DNA from: Minisyncoccia bacterium
Lineage (GTDB): Bacteria > Patescibacteriota > Minisyncoccia > Phycocordibacterales > UBA9973
DNA: 64,000 nucleotides
Reading direction: 5' to 3'
Assembly: GCA_041737125.1 (NCBI GenBank)
Contig: JBGSSJ010000012.1
Span: forward strand, 2,637-66,636
Every line of letters begins with the position of its first letter. The first letter of the stretch is position 1. The translations under genes were made by a program, and so were the position numbers. The notes under the pieces were generated by a model, which was given only the letters and a program-made list of their open reading frames with translations, had not been told where the DNA came from and searched no databases. Positions 40,186 through 49,800 of this stretch are shown here, piece after piece.

Positions 40186-40731
40186 ATGGAACATCTTACG
40201 AAGAAATCCGAAGCAACGCTCGGGCATGCAGCAGCGAATGCTACTAGGTGGATAGGCTCTACCAGATCCCTAATCATCCACACTATCCTATTTGCAGGAG
40301 CTTTTTCTTTAGTATTCTTTGGTTTTGAATTTGATAAAATCCTCCTTGTGGTAACGACTATTGTATCTCTCGAAGCTATATATCTATCTATCTTCATCCA
40401 AATAAGTGTAAACAATCAAGCTAAGCACTTGGAAGAAGTGGCTGAAGATGTCGGTGAAATCCAGGAGGATGTCGAAGGAATTGAGAAAGATATCGATGAG
40501 ATTCAGGAAGACGTGGATGAAATCCAGGAAGATGTGGAAGGTATTGAGAAAGATATCGATGAGATTCAGGAAGACGTGGATGAAATCCAGGAAGATGTAA
40601 GCGAAGAAGATGAGGAAGAAACAATTATAAAACAAGATGAGGCTATGCTCTCTCGCATTGAGAATACACTACAAATACTTATAAAAGATATAGAAGACCT
40701 AAAGAAGCAGCAAGAAAATAAAAACAAGTAA
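40186..40731 (+). CDS. DUF1003-like membrane protein with acidic heptad-repeat coiled coil
   Basis: WIGS...LTT/VSLEAIYLSIFIQISVN-type motif; EIQEDVD/GIEKDID repeats. Confidence 0.8.
   Translation: MEHLTKKSEATLGHAAANATRWIGSTRSLIIHTILFAGAFSLVFFGFEFDKILLVVTTIVSLEAIYLSIFIQISVNNQAKHLEEVAEDVGEIQEDVEGIEKDIDEIQEDVDEIQEDVEGIEKDIDEIQEDVDEIQEDVSEEDEEETIIKQDEAMLSRIENTLQILIKDIEDLKKQQENKNK
40456..40598 (+). repeat. Intragenic tandem repeat (63-bp unit built from 21-bp subunits)
   Basis: gaaatccaggaRgatgtSgaaggWattgagaaagatatcgatgagattcaggaagacgtggat, about 2.3 copies. Confidence 0.85.
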
Positions 40732-40752
40732 TTAATTACTTGTTTTTATTTT
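40715..40752. terminator. 38-bp perfect AT-rich palindrome between convergent genes
   Basis: AAAATAAAAACAAGTAATTAATTACTTGTTTTTATTTT. Confidence 0.65.
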
Positions 40753-40754
40753 AT

Positions 40755-41342
40755 CTAATTTTGTTCTAAATTTATTTCTACCTGTCCTTGGCGAAGTATT
40801 TCTACTTTGCCATTCGAGAGCCTTATCAAGGTCGACGGCTTGGCTATACGCGTACTATCATTCACATACAAATCAATATTCTCTCCGAAGTAGCTCTCTG
40901 CCTCTCTTATATTTCGAGCAGGCTCGAGACCTTGCGGATTCGCACTAGGAGCTACAAGTGAGCCTACAGTATTTATAAGGTTGAACAAATCTTCATTCTT
41001 CGCATCTACCATGCGCACTGCTAGAGTATTCCTCCCTCTGTGCAAATAGAACAATGCATCATCATTACTATCAAGTACTACACTCACCTTATCTGGCCAT
41101 ATAGTCTCGAGTATTTTCCTATCTTCTTCACTTAGTTCTACTCCAAGTTTAGTTAAATGTTCATATGAACTTATGAGTACTATGCAAGGCTTATCTGTAT
41201 CACGACCGCGTACTTGGTACAGCTTCTCTACGGCACCCTCATCAAGAGCGCTTGCAAGTACTCCATAAATAGTGTCGGTCAGTGCGACGACTAATCCTCC
41301 ACCTTTTATGACATCTATTGCTTGTATCCAATTACTTTTCAT
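40755..41342 (-). CDS. tsaC: Threonylcarbamoyl-AMP synthase (TsaC/Sua5/YrdC)
   Basis: TDTIYG, RGRDTDKP, APSAN, PSTL, ILRQG. Confidence 0.9.
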   Translation of the reverse strand: MKSNWIQAIDVIKGGGLVVALTDTIYGVLASALDEGAVEKLYQVRGRDTDKPCIVLISSYEHLTKLGVELSEEDRKILETIWPDKVSVVLDSNDDALFYLHRGRNTLAVRMVDAKNEDLFNLINTVGSLVAPSANPQGLEPARNIREAESYFGENIDLYVNDSTRIAKPSTLIRLSNGKVEILRQGQVEINLEQN

Positions 41343-41351
41343 AAATTTATA

Positions 41352-41693
41352 TTAAGAACTTATAGCAGACAGAGCATTTACTTTCGCTGCTACGATGAAG
41401 TCATTATGGGAAAGCCCACCTATAGCATGAGTAGATAGTACGACGCTCACATTCTTATAATCTGTCAGGTGTATATCTGGATGGTGGCCTTCCTGCTCGG
41501 CAATAGCGCCAACTTTGTCGACGAAATCAAGCGCTTCCTTGAAGTCCGCGAATGCATAATGCTTCTCTATACTATCCCCATCTTTCGACACTTCATAACC
41601 TTCCACTTCTTTTATTAATAAATCCACCTCCTCTTTTATCAGAGGTGCTACCCCACCCTCACACGCTATACACTTTTGTTCTGTTAGATTCAT
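41352..41693 (-). CDS. Pterin-4-alpha-carbinolamine dehydratase
   Basis: CIACEGG, EQEGHHPD, THAIGGLSHNDFIVAAK; TATAAT 6 nt upstream of ATG 41693. Confidence 0.92.
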   Translation of the reverse strand: MNLTEQKCIACEGGVAPLIKEEVDLLIKEVEGYEVSKDGDSIEKHYAFADFKEALDFVDKVGAIAEQEGHHPDIHLTDYKNVSVVLSTHAIGGLSHNDFIVAAKVNALSAISS

Positions 41694-41722
41694 GTACTTA
41701 TTATATACGTAAAGAGTCTTAT

Positions 41723-41751
41723 TTGACAAGGTTATTTATATGTATTAGAAT
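41723..41751 (+). promoter_or_regulatory. Near-consensus sigma70 promoter of the sigma gene
   Basis: TTGACA (41723-41728), 17 bp, TAGAAT (41746-41751). Confidence 0.8.
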
Positions 41752-41808
41752 ATACACGAACATATGTTCATCTAACAATTCTAAAACGCCCGTGTACCGG
41801 GCTAGGTT

Positions 41809-42672
41809 ATGAGGCAATTAAAAATCGGAACCAAGATTACGAATCGGGATTCGCAGGCAGTAGAAAAGTATCTTCAGGAAATTTCCAAAATCGGCATGAT
41901 CACGCCCGAAGAGGAAACCATTTTGGCCCAACGGATCAAAATGGGTGATCAGCGTGCTTTGGAGCGCCTGACAGCAGCTAACCTTCGTTTTGTGGTCTCC
42001 GTAGCAAAACAGTATCAGCACCAAGGTTTAGCCTTAAGTGACTTGATAAATGAAGGCAACCTGGGACTAATAAAAGCAGCACAGCGCTTTGATGAAACCA
42101 AGGGTTTCAAATTCATCTCCTACGCTGTGTGGTGGATTCGCCAATCAATTTTGCAGGCTTTGGCAGAGCAAGGACGACTTGTTCGCATTCCTCAAAATAA
42201 AATTGGGGTGTATAACAAGGCAAATAGAGCCTACGCAGTTTTCGAACAAGACCATGAACGCGAACCTTCCACTGAAGAACTCGCTGAAATTCTCGAAATG
42301 AGCGAAACCGAAATCAACAACATTTTCCAGAGTAACATCCATCACAAAAGCCTAGATGCAACAGCTGAAGGTGCGCCAGAAGATGCTGGTACTCCTGGTG
42401 ATTTGTTGGAGGCGAGCGAGGACACTGATGACGACATTATGAAGGATTCGCTCCGCGAAGAAATCCGCCTGGTGCTGAAATCCCTCAGCCCTCGCGAAGC
42501 CGAAATTGTTTATGCTTACTTTGGGCTCGATGGCGAAAATGGTGTAACCATTGAGCAGATTGGTCAGAAGTACGATCTTACTAAAGAACGTATCCGCCAA
42601 ATCAAAGAACGGGCAATCAAACGCCTGCAAAAAGCACGTTACAGTAACTCGCTTAAAGCCTACCTCGGGTAG
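41809..42672 (+). CDS. rpoD: RNA polymerase primary sigma factor, Bacteroidota type (no region 1.1)
   Basis: MRQLKI...ITNR N-terminus, NLRFVVSVAKQYQ, DLINEGNLGLIKAAQRFDETKGFKFISYAVWWIRQSILQALAEQ, LTKERIRQIKE, LKAYLG C-terminus; 287 aa. Confidence 0.92.
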   Translation: MRQLKIGTKITNRDSQAVEKYLQEISKIGMITPEEETILAQRIKMGDQRALERLTAANLRFVVSVAKQYQHQGLALSDLINEGNLGLIKAAQRFDETKGFKFISYAVWWIRQSILQALAEQGRLVRIPQNKIGVYNKANRAYAVFEQDHEREPSTEELAEILEMSETEINNIFQSNIHHKSLDATAEGAPEDAGTPGDLLEASEDTDDDIMKDSLREEIRLVLKSLSPREAEIVYAYFGLDGENGVTIEQIGQKYDLTKERIRQIKERAIKRLQKARYSNSLKAYLG

Positions 42673-42703
42673 TAAGCGAAAAATAAAAACCCAAATCTAA
42701 AAA

Positions 42704-42748
42704 CAAATTGCAATGGCTAGACTCAAAAAGTCCGGCCATTTAATTTGC
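42704..42748 (+). terminator. Hairpin downstream of the sigma gene
   Basis: AATGGCTAGACT-CAAAA-AGTCCGGCCATT flanked by CAAATT/AATTTG, between convergent genes. Confidence 0.6.
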
Positions 42749-42759
42749 CTAATTTTTTA

Positions 42760-43512
42760 TTAAACTTTCGCTATATTCGCAACTATCGCCTTATGATCAC
42801 TCACACCTTCTACTAATTTCACATTTGTAATTTGATACTGTGGAGTGCTGAAGAGTCCGTCCACCACATATAGTGCTTCACGACTACGGACATCAGGACC
42901 CTTGTGCAAGTTAGCATCTAGAGTCGAATCATATTCAAGGGGAATATTATCTTTATATTTATTTGCAAACATTGCAAATGTCTCACGTCCGCGTGGAGCA
43001 TTGAAGTCGCCACAGAGAATGAGATCATCGAACTGCGAAAGTATACCTAGCAACTTCTGTGCTTGTTCTAACTGGAATGAAGTAGGTGTACCTTTATGAC
43101 TTACAGCTAAGTGCGTATTTGCTATGCGATACATCTTGCCCTCTATCATCATCTCTGACCATAACACGAGCTGATTAGATACATGAGAAGCAATCAACAG
43201 ATCAGCCGAACGCACCCAATTAGGGATATTATCCTCCGTTCCGTTGTAATACTCAGAATGCGATACACTTTCGAAACGTGTAAAGATAGCAATGCCTTGA
43301 GTATGAGTTGTCTCCCCTTTTGTCCGAGGTGATGGGTGAATGGACATCGGTTTGAAAGTTCCTTTCATTCCTAGAGCCTCTTCAAAGCGAGGTATGTCTA
43401 CATCGTATATTTCCTGGAAGCAAACTACGTCGGGCTTCTCAGACACAAGAAAAGGCACTATTCTCTCATAGTGCATATCCATTTCTATATTTAGTGAAAT
43501 AAATTTAATCAT
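42760..43512 (-). CDS. Endonuclease/exonuclease/phosphatase family protein
   Basis: SLNIE, FQEI, NTHL, GDFN, VDG, SDH. Confidence 0.88.
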   Translation of the reverse strand: MIKFISLNIEMDMHYERIVPFLVSEKPDVVCFQEIYDVDIPRFEEALGMKGTFKPMSIHPSPRTKGETTHTQGIAIFTRFESVSHSEYYNGTEDNIPNWVRSADLLIASHVSNQLVLWSEMMIEGKMYRIANTHLAVSHKGTPTSFQLEQAQKLLGILSQFDDLILCGDFNAPRGRETFAMFANKYKDNIPLEYDSTLDANLHKGPDVRSREALYVVDGLFSTPQYQITNVKLVEGVSDHKAIVANIAKV

Positions 43513-44625
43513 TTATATTTTAAATTCTATAACGTCTCCGTCTTTGACTATATAATCCTTCCCTTCTGTACGCACTTTCCCTTTTGCACGTGCATCAGCA
43601 TAGCTACCTGCATCGAGCAGATCCTGGAAGTACACTACTTCTGCACGTATGAACTTATCCTTGAAGTCTGTATGTATAGCCATACCAGCGACTGGTGCAG
43701 TACTTCCATGCTTGATAGTCCATGCACGAGTCTCATCCTCACCTGTAGTGAAATATGTATCGAGTCCGAGTAATTTGTAGCCCTCTTTGATAAGGCTATC
43801 TATGCCATCATCCTGCCCTCCCAATTCCTTCCTGAAGACTTCCTTCTCTTCCCCTTCGAAATCTTTCAGCTCTTCTTCTATCTTCGCATCGAGCACCACA
43901 TAGCGTGAACCCATGCTCATTATGTAGTCAGTAAGTTCTTTGAATATTTCTGGATTAGTCTCATCCAAGTTCTTTGATCCACCTCTTTTGTTTAGTCCGT
44001 AGATGAAAGGTTTGAGTGTCAGCAAGTTCAGCATTTTCACTTTCTCAAGTTCGACTTCTTCGAAGCTGACAGTGTTCGCAAGCTTACCTGCCTCAAACGC
44101 AGCTTCGAGCTTTACAAGTGCATTGTTCTCGATGACGGCTTCCTTGTCGCCCTTCTTTATCTCACGTACCAAATTATTCTTCCTTTTGATAACAGTTTCA
44201 AGGTCGGCAAGTATAAGCTCGAGGTTGATTACTTCTATATCACGAAGCGGATCTATATCGCCATAAACATGGATGACTTCATTGCCACCTTCGCTCTTCA
44301 GTGGGAATATGCGCACCATCTCGAGTATCGCATCTACTTCGCGGATATTGGATAAGAATTTATTCCCCAAGCCTTCGCCAGCCGAAGCTCCCTTCACAAG
44401 CCCTGCGATATCCACGAACTCTATCACAGGAGGAATGGTCTTCCTCGAGTTTGAGAATTCAGACAAGTTCCATATACGCTCATCAGGCACAGGAACAATA
44501 CCCACGGATGGGTCGATAGTACAGAATGGGTAATTCTCCGCAGGAACACCCTTCTTCGTCAAAGCATTAAAAAGCGTCGATTTCCCGACATTTGGTAGAC
44601 CTACAATTCCAATAGATAGTGACAT
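43513..44625 (-). CDS. ychF: Redox-regulated ATPase YchF
   Basis: GIVGLPNVGKSTLFNALT, NYPFCTIDP, DIAGLVKGAS, EGKDYIVKDGD. Confidence 0.97.
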   Translation of the reverse strand: MSLSIGIVGLPNVGKSTLFNALTKKGVPAENYPFCTIDPSVGIVPVPDERIWNLSEFSNSRKTIPPVIEFVDIAGLVKGASAGEGLGNKFLSNIREVDAILEMVRIFPLKSEGGNEVIHVYGDIDPLRDIEVINLELILADLETVIKRKNNLVREIKKGDKEAVIENNALVKLEAAFEAGKLANTVSFEEVELEKVKMLNLLTLKPFIYGLNKRGGSKNLDETNPEIFKELTDYIMSMGSRYVVLDAKIEEELKDFEGEEKEVFRKELGGQDDGIDSLIKEGYKLLGLDTYFTTGEDETRAWTIKHGSTAPVAGMAIHTDFKDKFIRAEVVYFQDLLDAGSYADARAKGKVRTEGKDYIVKDGDVIEFKI

Positions 44626-44681
44626 ACTTAAAATATAGCAGAAAAAAGGAATATTTCAAAAAAATATTATTCTCCTATATA

Positions 44682-46166
44682 TTATATGGACTTAATTTGT
44701 TCTTTCTTGTGATCTTCGATAGCTTTATCTACTTCATCTAGATCACCTTCTATGGCTTCTTTAATTTCTTTTTCTTCTTTGGATAGAATGCGAGTATGGC
44801 GAGTATTTTGTAATATTTCCAGATGTTTCTCTAGGCGCTTTTTTAACAAAAGAAGTATTTTTGAATGGTCACCTCTAACAAGAGCACTGCGAACTATAAT
44901 TTTCTTGTGGAGCCTATCATATTGACGTCCGAGCTTAAATGCACCAATAATCAAAACTATTACTAGTACGATAATTAAATATATTACAGGCACATCAACT
45001 GCCAACATGTTGATAGTGTATGGATCCTTCGCAGGTGCAAGTGGTTGTAATGGTTGTACTTGCTCTACTGGTGCGATAGTTGCAGTGAAAATTCCAACTG
45101 ATTCCACACTGTTACCTGCGCGATCAAATGCTACTAATTTCACAGTATGGTTCCCCGCTATACTATAAGGAAGGCTGTAGTTGCCATCAACAAAATCTGC
45201 ATAATCCACCTTCTTTACCAATACATCATTTATGTAAATTTCATAATAATCTAATCCTGAAGTTTCATCTATGATATCAGCATTTATGTTGAGGACTTTC
45301 TTAGTATCATCATAGATAAAGGTAACATCATTCTTCTTCGGAATAGTAGTATCTATTCTTGCTATATATGTACTAGTCGGACCCCATTTCCCATCTTTCT
45401 GTGCGCGTACTTTGAAGTACCAAATTCCATCTTTCAAGTTTTTCACAGACCTTTCGCTTGTTGCAGGGCTTATTGTCACGCGAGGAACACCCGCAATATT
45501 ACTATCAATACCTGTTTGTACAGAAGTTATCCCTGTTGGTAATTTCCATTTGAATATTGGATTATTATCCTTATACCACAATTCCTGAGATGGATGAGTG
45601 AGTGATGTCACATTTAATGTGATGAGTGATGGTTGTGGTGCGGGTACGTCAGCAACAACCGGCTCCTCCTTTTGCACTATAGAGAGAGTCTTGCCTGTTT
45701 TACTATTTAAGACATCAGTACCAAACCCATCATCCGCACGAACAGCAGAGTCAGAGAAGATTAAGTCAGCCTGGCCAGCTTTCTTTGCTTTCACAACGAA
45801 AGAGAGTGCAGTGCCACTTGAGCCATTGAATCCCGGAGTAGGGATACCTCCATTGAAAGTAATAATTCCACTAACATTCGAATATGCAGGCTCCTCTACC
45901 CACAAGGAGAATACTGAGCCTCCTTTATTTATAGATACTACCTCAAGTAAATCACTTGGATATATAATTTTCGCTTCGGCATTATTGATCGGTACACCTT
46001 CTGAATTTATCACTACTGATAGTGTCGTTATACCTCCAGGCGAAAGACTGGTCGAAGAAGAATTAATTTTAAGTGTAGCCGCGTCTACAGTACTTGATAC
46101 AAAGAATGAAATAAGTAGCAGGCAAAAGAATGCTAATTTAGTTTTTAGTAGATTTTTTATATCCAT
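44682..46166 (-). CDS. Cohesin-domain surface protein with Ig-like domains, TM anchor and cytoplasmic tail
   Basis: Signal peptide; INNAEAKIIYPSDLLEVVSI...SVFSLWVEEP...GGIPTPGF...ADDGFGT (cohesin-like); THPSQELWY; FDRAGN; TM VPVIYLIIVLVIVLIIG. Confidence 0.75.
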   Translation of the reverse strand: MDIKNLLKTKLAFFCLLLISFFVSSTVDAATLKINSSSTSLSPGGITTLSVVINSEGVPINNAEAKIIYPSDLLEVVSINKGGSVFSLWVEEPAYSNVSGIITFNGGIPTPGFNGSSGTALSFVVKAKKAGQADLIFSDSAVRADDGFGTDVLNSKTGKTLSIVQKEEPVVADVPAPQPSLITLNVTSLTHPSQELWYKDNNPIFKWKLPTGITSVQTGIDSNIAGVPRVTISPATSERSVKNLKDGIWYFKVRAQKDGKWGPTSTYIARIDTTIPKKNDVTFIYDDTKKVLNINADIIDETSGLDYYEIYINDVLVKKVDYADFVDGNYSLPYSIAGNHTVKLVAFDRAGNSVESVGIFTATIAPVEQVQPLQPLAPAKDPYTINMLAVDVPVIYLIIVLVIVLIIGAFKLGRQYDRLHKKIIVRSALVRGDHSKILLLLKKRLEKHLEILQNTRHTRILSKEEKEIKEAIEGDLDEVDKAIEDHKKEQIKSI

Positions 46167-46797
46167 AGAAGATCCCACCCAACAAAATAATTACTAATAA
46201 TATTATAACATTGTTATTCATACTAAATCCAGGGAAAATTGTCTTCTCTTCTGTCGGTTCTTCTATTTTACCATCAACTTCTTCTGTAGTAATTTGTGAA
46301 TCTTTTACCACAAGATTTAAAGACATCGATTTTACTATAGTTGATTCTTCTGTCCCCTTTCCATCATTTAAATATGTCTTCACTCCACTCCATGTCATGT
46401 CTATATTACCTGACACTGCAGTACGTAGGTGTAAGGTCAAAACGAGGCCTTCTTTTGCGAGTCCCTCAGGAGTACCACCTACAAAACGAACCGTCTTTCC
46501 CTTCGAATTATATACTGGTTCTACCGGCCACATAGAGAGAGCTGAGCCTTGTTTACTTACTTCTACTGACAAGGAGTCGGCAATAGAGCCTTGTAGAGAC
46601 ACAGTTCCTTCGATAACATTTAAATTCTTCCCTTGTGGATCTATACGTACCTCTACCACTGTTGTAGTATCCCCATCTTTGCTAGTAGGTACCACTTTAT
46701 AGCTTAGTTGGGCTGCCAGTAAATCCTGTGGTACTACGCACAACAAAAAGCTGATTATAAATGCGTATGCTATATGTGATGAGAATATTTTATACAT
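46138..46797 (-). CDS. Cohesin-domain protein with C-terminal TM anchor
   Basis: Signal peptide; LNVIEGTV...SALSMWPVEP...FVGGTPEG...LNDGKGT (paralogous to the neighbour); VIILLVIILLGGIFYGYKK anchor. Confidence 0.72.
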   Translation of the reverse strand: MYKIFSSHIAYAFIISFLLCVVPQDLLAAQLSYKVVPTSKDGDTTTVVEVRIDPQGKNLNVIEGTVSLQGSIADSLSVEVSKQGSALSMWPVEPVYNSKGKTVRFVGGTPEGLAKEGLVLTLHLRTAVSGNIDMTWSGVKTYLNDGKGTEESTIVKSMSLNLVVKDSQITTEEVDGKIEEPTEEKTIFPGFSMNNNVIILLVIILLGGIFYGYKKSTKN

Positions 46798-46803
46798 AAT
46801 TAA

Positions 46804-49800
46804 TTATTGTTTTTTAAAGGCGATAGGTTTCTTGCCCCATTGATAAAGAAGGATAGAAAAGTCGACTGAATTTACTTGTTTGTCTAGATTTATATCAGCA
46901 CAAGGGTTATTAAATGGGGATGTTGTTTTCCAGAAAGAAAGCATTATAGAGAAGTCTACTGAATTTACTTTTCCATCATGGTTTAAGTCTGCACCAATAC
47001 ATGCATTCGTTAAAATAGGTGCTACAGATGCCCCACCTCCACCACCTCCCCCTCCACCAGGCGGTGTGACTGAAGTATCGGTACTCGCTGCAAATGACTG
47101 AGATGCAGTTGAGGAATCTGATCCGAACAATACATCCAAATGGAAGTAATAATCACCAGCAATAGGTACAGTCGAGTTCAATGTTGTATCAAAATTTTCT
47201 AATGGCTGAATTAATTTCGCCGCAGTAGAACTAAATATATCATTCCCTCCTCCGCATGTATTGAGTACTGAATCAGTAACACACCATGTGTATTGATATT
47301 CATATGCAGTAGATCCTTCATTCGTAATACGAACTGCAGTAGATATACTTGGAACAATCAAATCAGTAAAGCTCTGAATCAATACTTGCGCAGGAGATCC
47401 AGGAGTACCACTTACTTCACCTGAAGCGACACTCGTGCCAATAATATTTTTCGCATATACTCGGAAATCATACGAGTTATTATTCGCAAGTCCTGTAACT
47501 GTAACAGAAGGAGTAGTACTTACACTATCAGCAAATACAGTCCATGTACCCAATGTCGTAAGTTTATATTCTATAACATAATCAGTTATCGCAGAGCCTC
47601 CATTGGAAAGTGGTGCTGACCAAGACAAGCTTACACTACTATCATCAATGATTGCTGCTAAGTTAGTCGGCGCCCCTGGGACACTCGCAGGAGTTACTCC
47701 AGAACTTGATCCAGAAGACACACCCGTACCGAGAGCATTTGTAGCAGTGACACTAAATGTATAAGTGACTCCATTCGTAAGCCCTGTGAATATTGCAGTC
47801 GTTGTCGCGCTTGTCATTGTAGCGCCGCCTGGACTTGCCGTAATAGTATATGAAGTTATCGGTGAGCCGCCATTTGAAGCTGGAGCAGACCAAGACACAA
47901 TAACGCTCGTATCCGCTGCTTCACCAGCTACGTTCGTAGGAGCTCCTGGAACAGTTGCAGGAGTTACGGAATTACTTGCACTAGATGCAACACTTGTCCC
48001 AACTGCATTAGTTGCAGTGAAAGTGAATGTATATGTCACTCCATTTGTAAGTCCTGTCACAGTGATCGGTGAAGTACCTCCAGTTGCAGTATGTCCACCA
48101 ATGTTTGAAGTAATAGTATACGAAGTGACTGCTGATCCTCCATTGTTCACTGGAGGTGTGAATGTAATAGTTGCTTCGCCATTCCCAGCAACTGCAGTTA
48201 TGCTTGTAGGCGCATCAGGTACAGTCGCAGGCACAATTGAGTTACTTGTTCCTGAAGAAGTACTTGTTCCCATAATATTTGTTGCAGTCACAGTGAATGT
48301 ATAGGTTGTACCATTAGTAAGTCCTGTGACTGTGATTGGTGAACTACCTCCAGTAGCAGTATGACCTCCAACATTTGAAGTGACTGTGTATGAAGTTATC
48401 GCAGATCCACCGTTATTTACTGGAGGTGTGAATGTGATAGTAGCTTCACCATTACCTCGAACTGCAGTTATAGATGTCGGTGCATCCGGAACAGTCGCCG
48501 GAGTTACAGAATTAGTTGTCGCTGAAGCAATTCCTGTACCCACACTATTCGTCGCAGTCACAGTAAATGTATATGTCACTCCATTTGTAAGTCCTGTGAC
48601 TGTGATTGGTGAACTACCTCCAGTTGCAGTATGACCTAAGTTTGAAGTAACTGTATAGATTGTTATGGCAGAGCCGCCATTTGAAGATGGAGCAGTGAAT
48701 GTAATTGTTGCTTGTCCATTACCTGCTGTTGCAGTACCGATAGTAGGAGCTCCTGGTACACTGACCGGAGTTACTGAATTACTAGAACTTGATGCAACAC
48801 TAGTCCCCACATCATTTGTGGCAGTCACTGTGAATGTATATGTCACTCCATTCGTAAGTCCGACAACTACCAAAGGAGATGACCCTCCTGTTGCTGTATG
48901 ACCAAGGTTTGAAGTTACTGTGTAGCTTGTGATTGCTGATCCGCCATTATTTACTGGGGGTGTAAATGTGATAACTGCTTCGCCATTGCCCGCTGTTGCA
49001 GTCCCTATAATAGGAGCATCAGGAACTGTAGCTGGAGTAATAGTATTACTTGGATCTGAAGCGACACTAGTACCTACCGCATTTGTCGCAGTCACTGTAA
49101 ATGTATACGAGACACTATTTGTAAGCCCCGTGACTGTAATTGGAGAGCCGTTACTTGTTGCAGTAAATCCTCCAGGACTTGAAGTCACTGTATAACTTGT
49201 GATTGTAGATCCGCCATTATTCACAGGAGGTGTAAATGTAATTGTCGCTTCACCATTACCCCTGACTGCAATTATAGAAGTAGGTGCGTCAGGAACAGTC
49301 GCCGGAGTTACTGCATTACTTGCAGTTGATGCAACACTCGTGCCTACGGCATTGGTTGCAGTCACAGTAAATGTATATGCGACTCCGTTAGTAAGTCCTG
49401 TGACTACAAGTGGTGAACTACCACCTGTAGTAAAGTGTCCTCCAATACTTGAGGTCACTGTGTATGAAGTTATTGCAGATCCGCCATTTGATATAGGTGC
49501 GTCAAATGTGATAGTTGCTTGTCCATTACTAGAAACTGCAACTATATTTGTCGGTGCATCTGGAACAGTCGCCGGAGTTACAGCGTTGGTCGTGCCTGAA
49601 GCAACACTTGTACCATTTGCATTTGTGGCAGTCACAGTGAACGTGTACGTTGTACCGTTTGTAAGTCCAGTGATTGTTATCGGAGATGTCCCACCACTTG
49701 TAGTAAATCCTCCCGGACTTGAAGTGACTGTGTAGCTTGTAATTACAGAACCACCATTATTTACTGGAGGTGTGAATGTGATAGTTGCTTGACCGTTACC

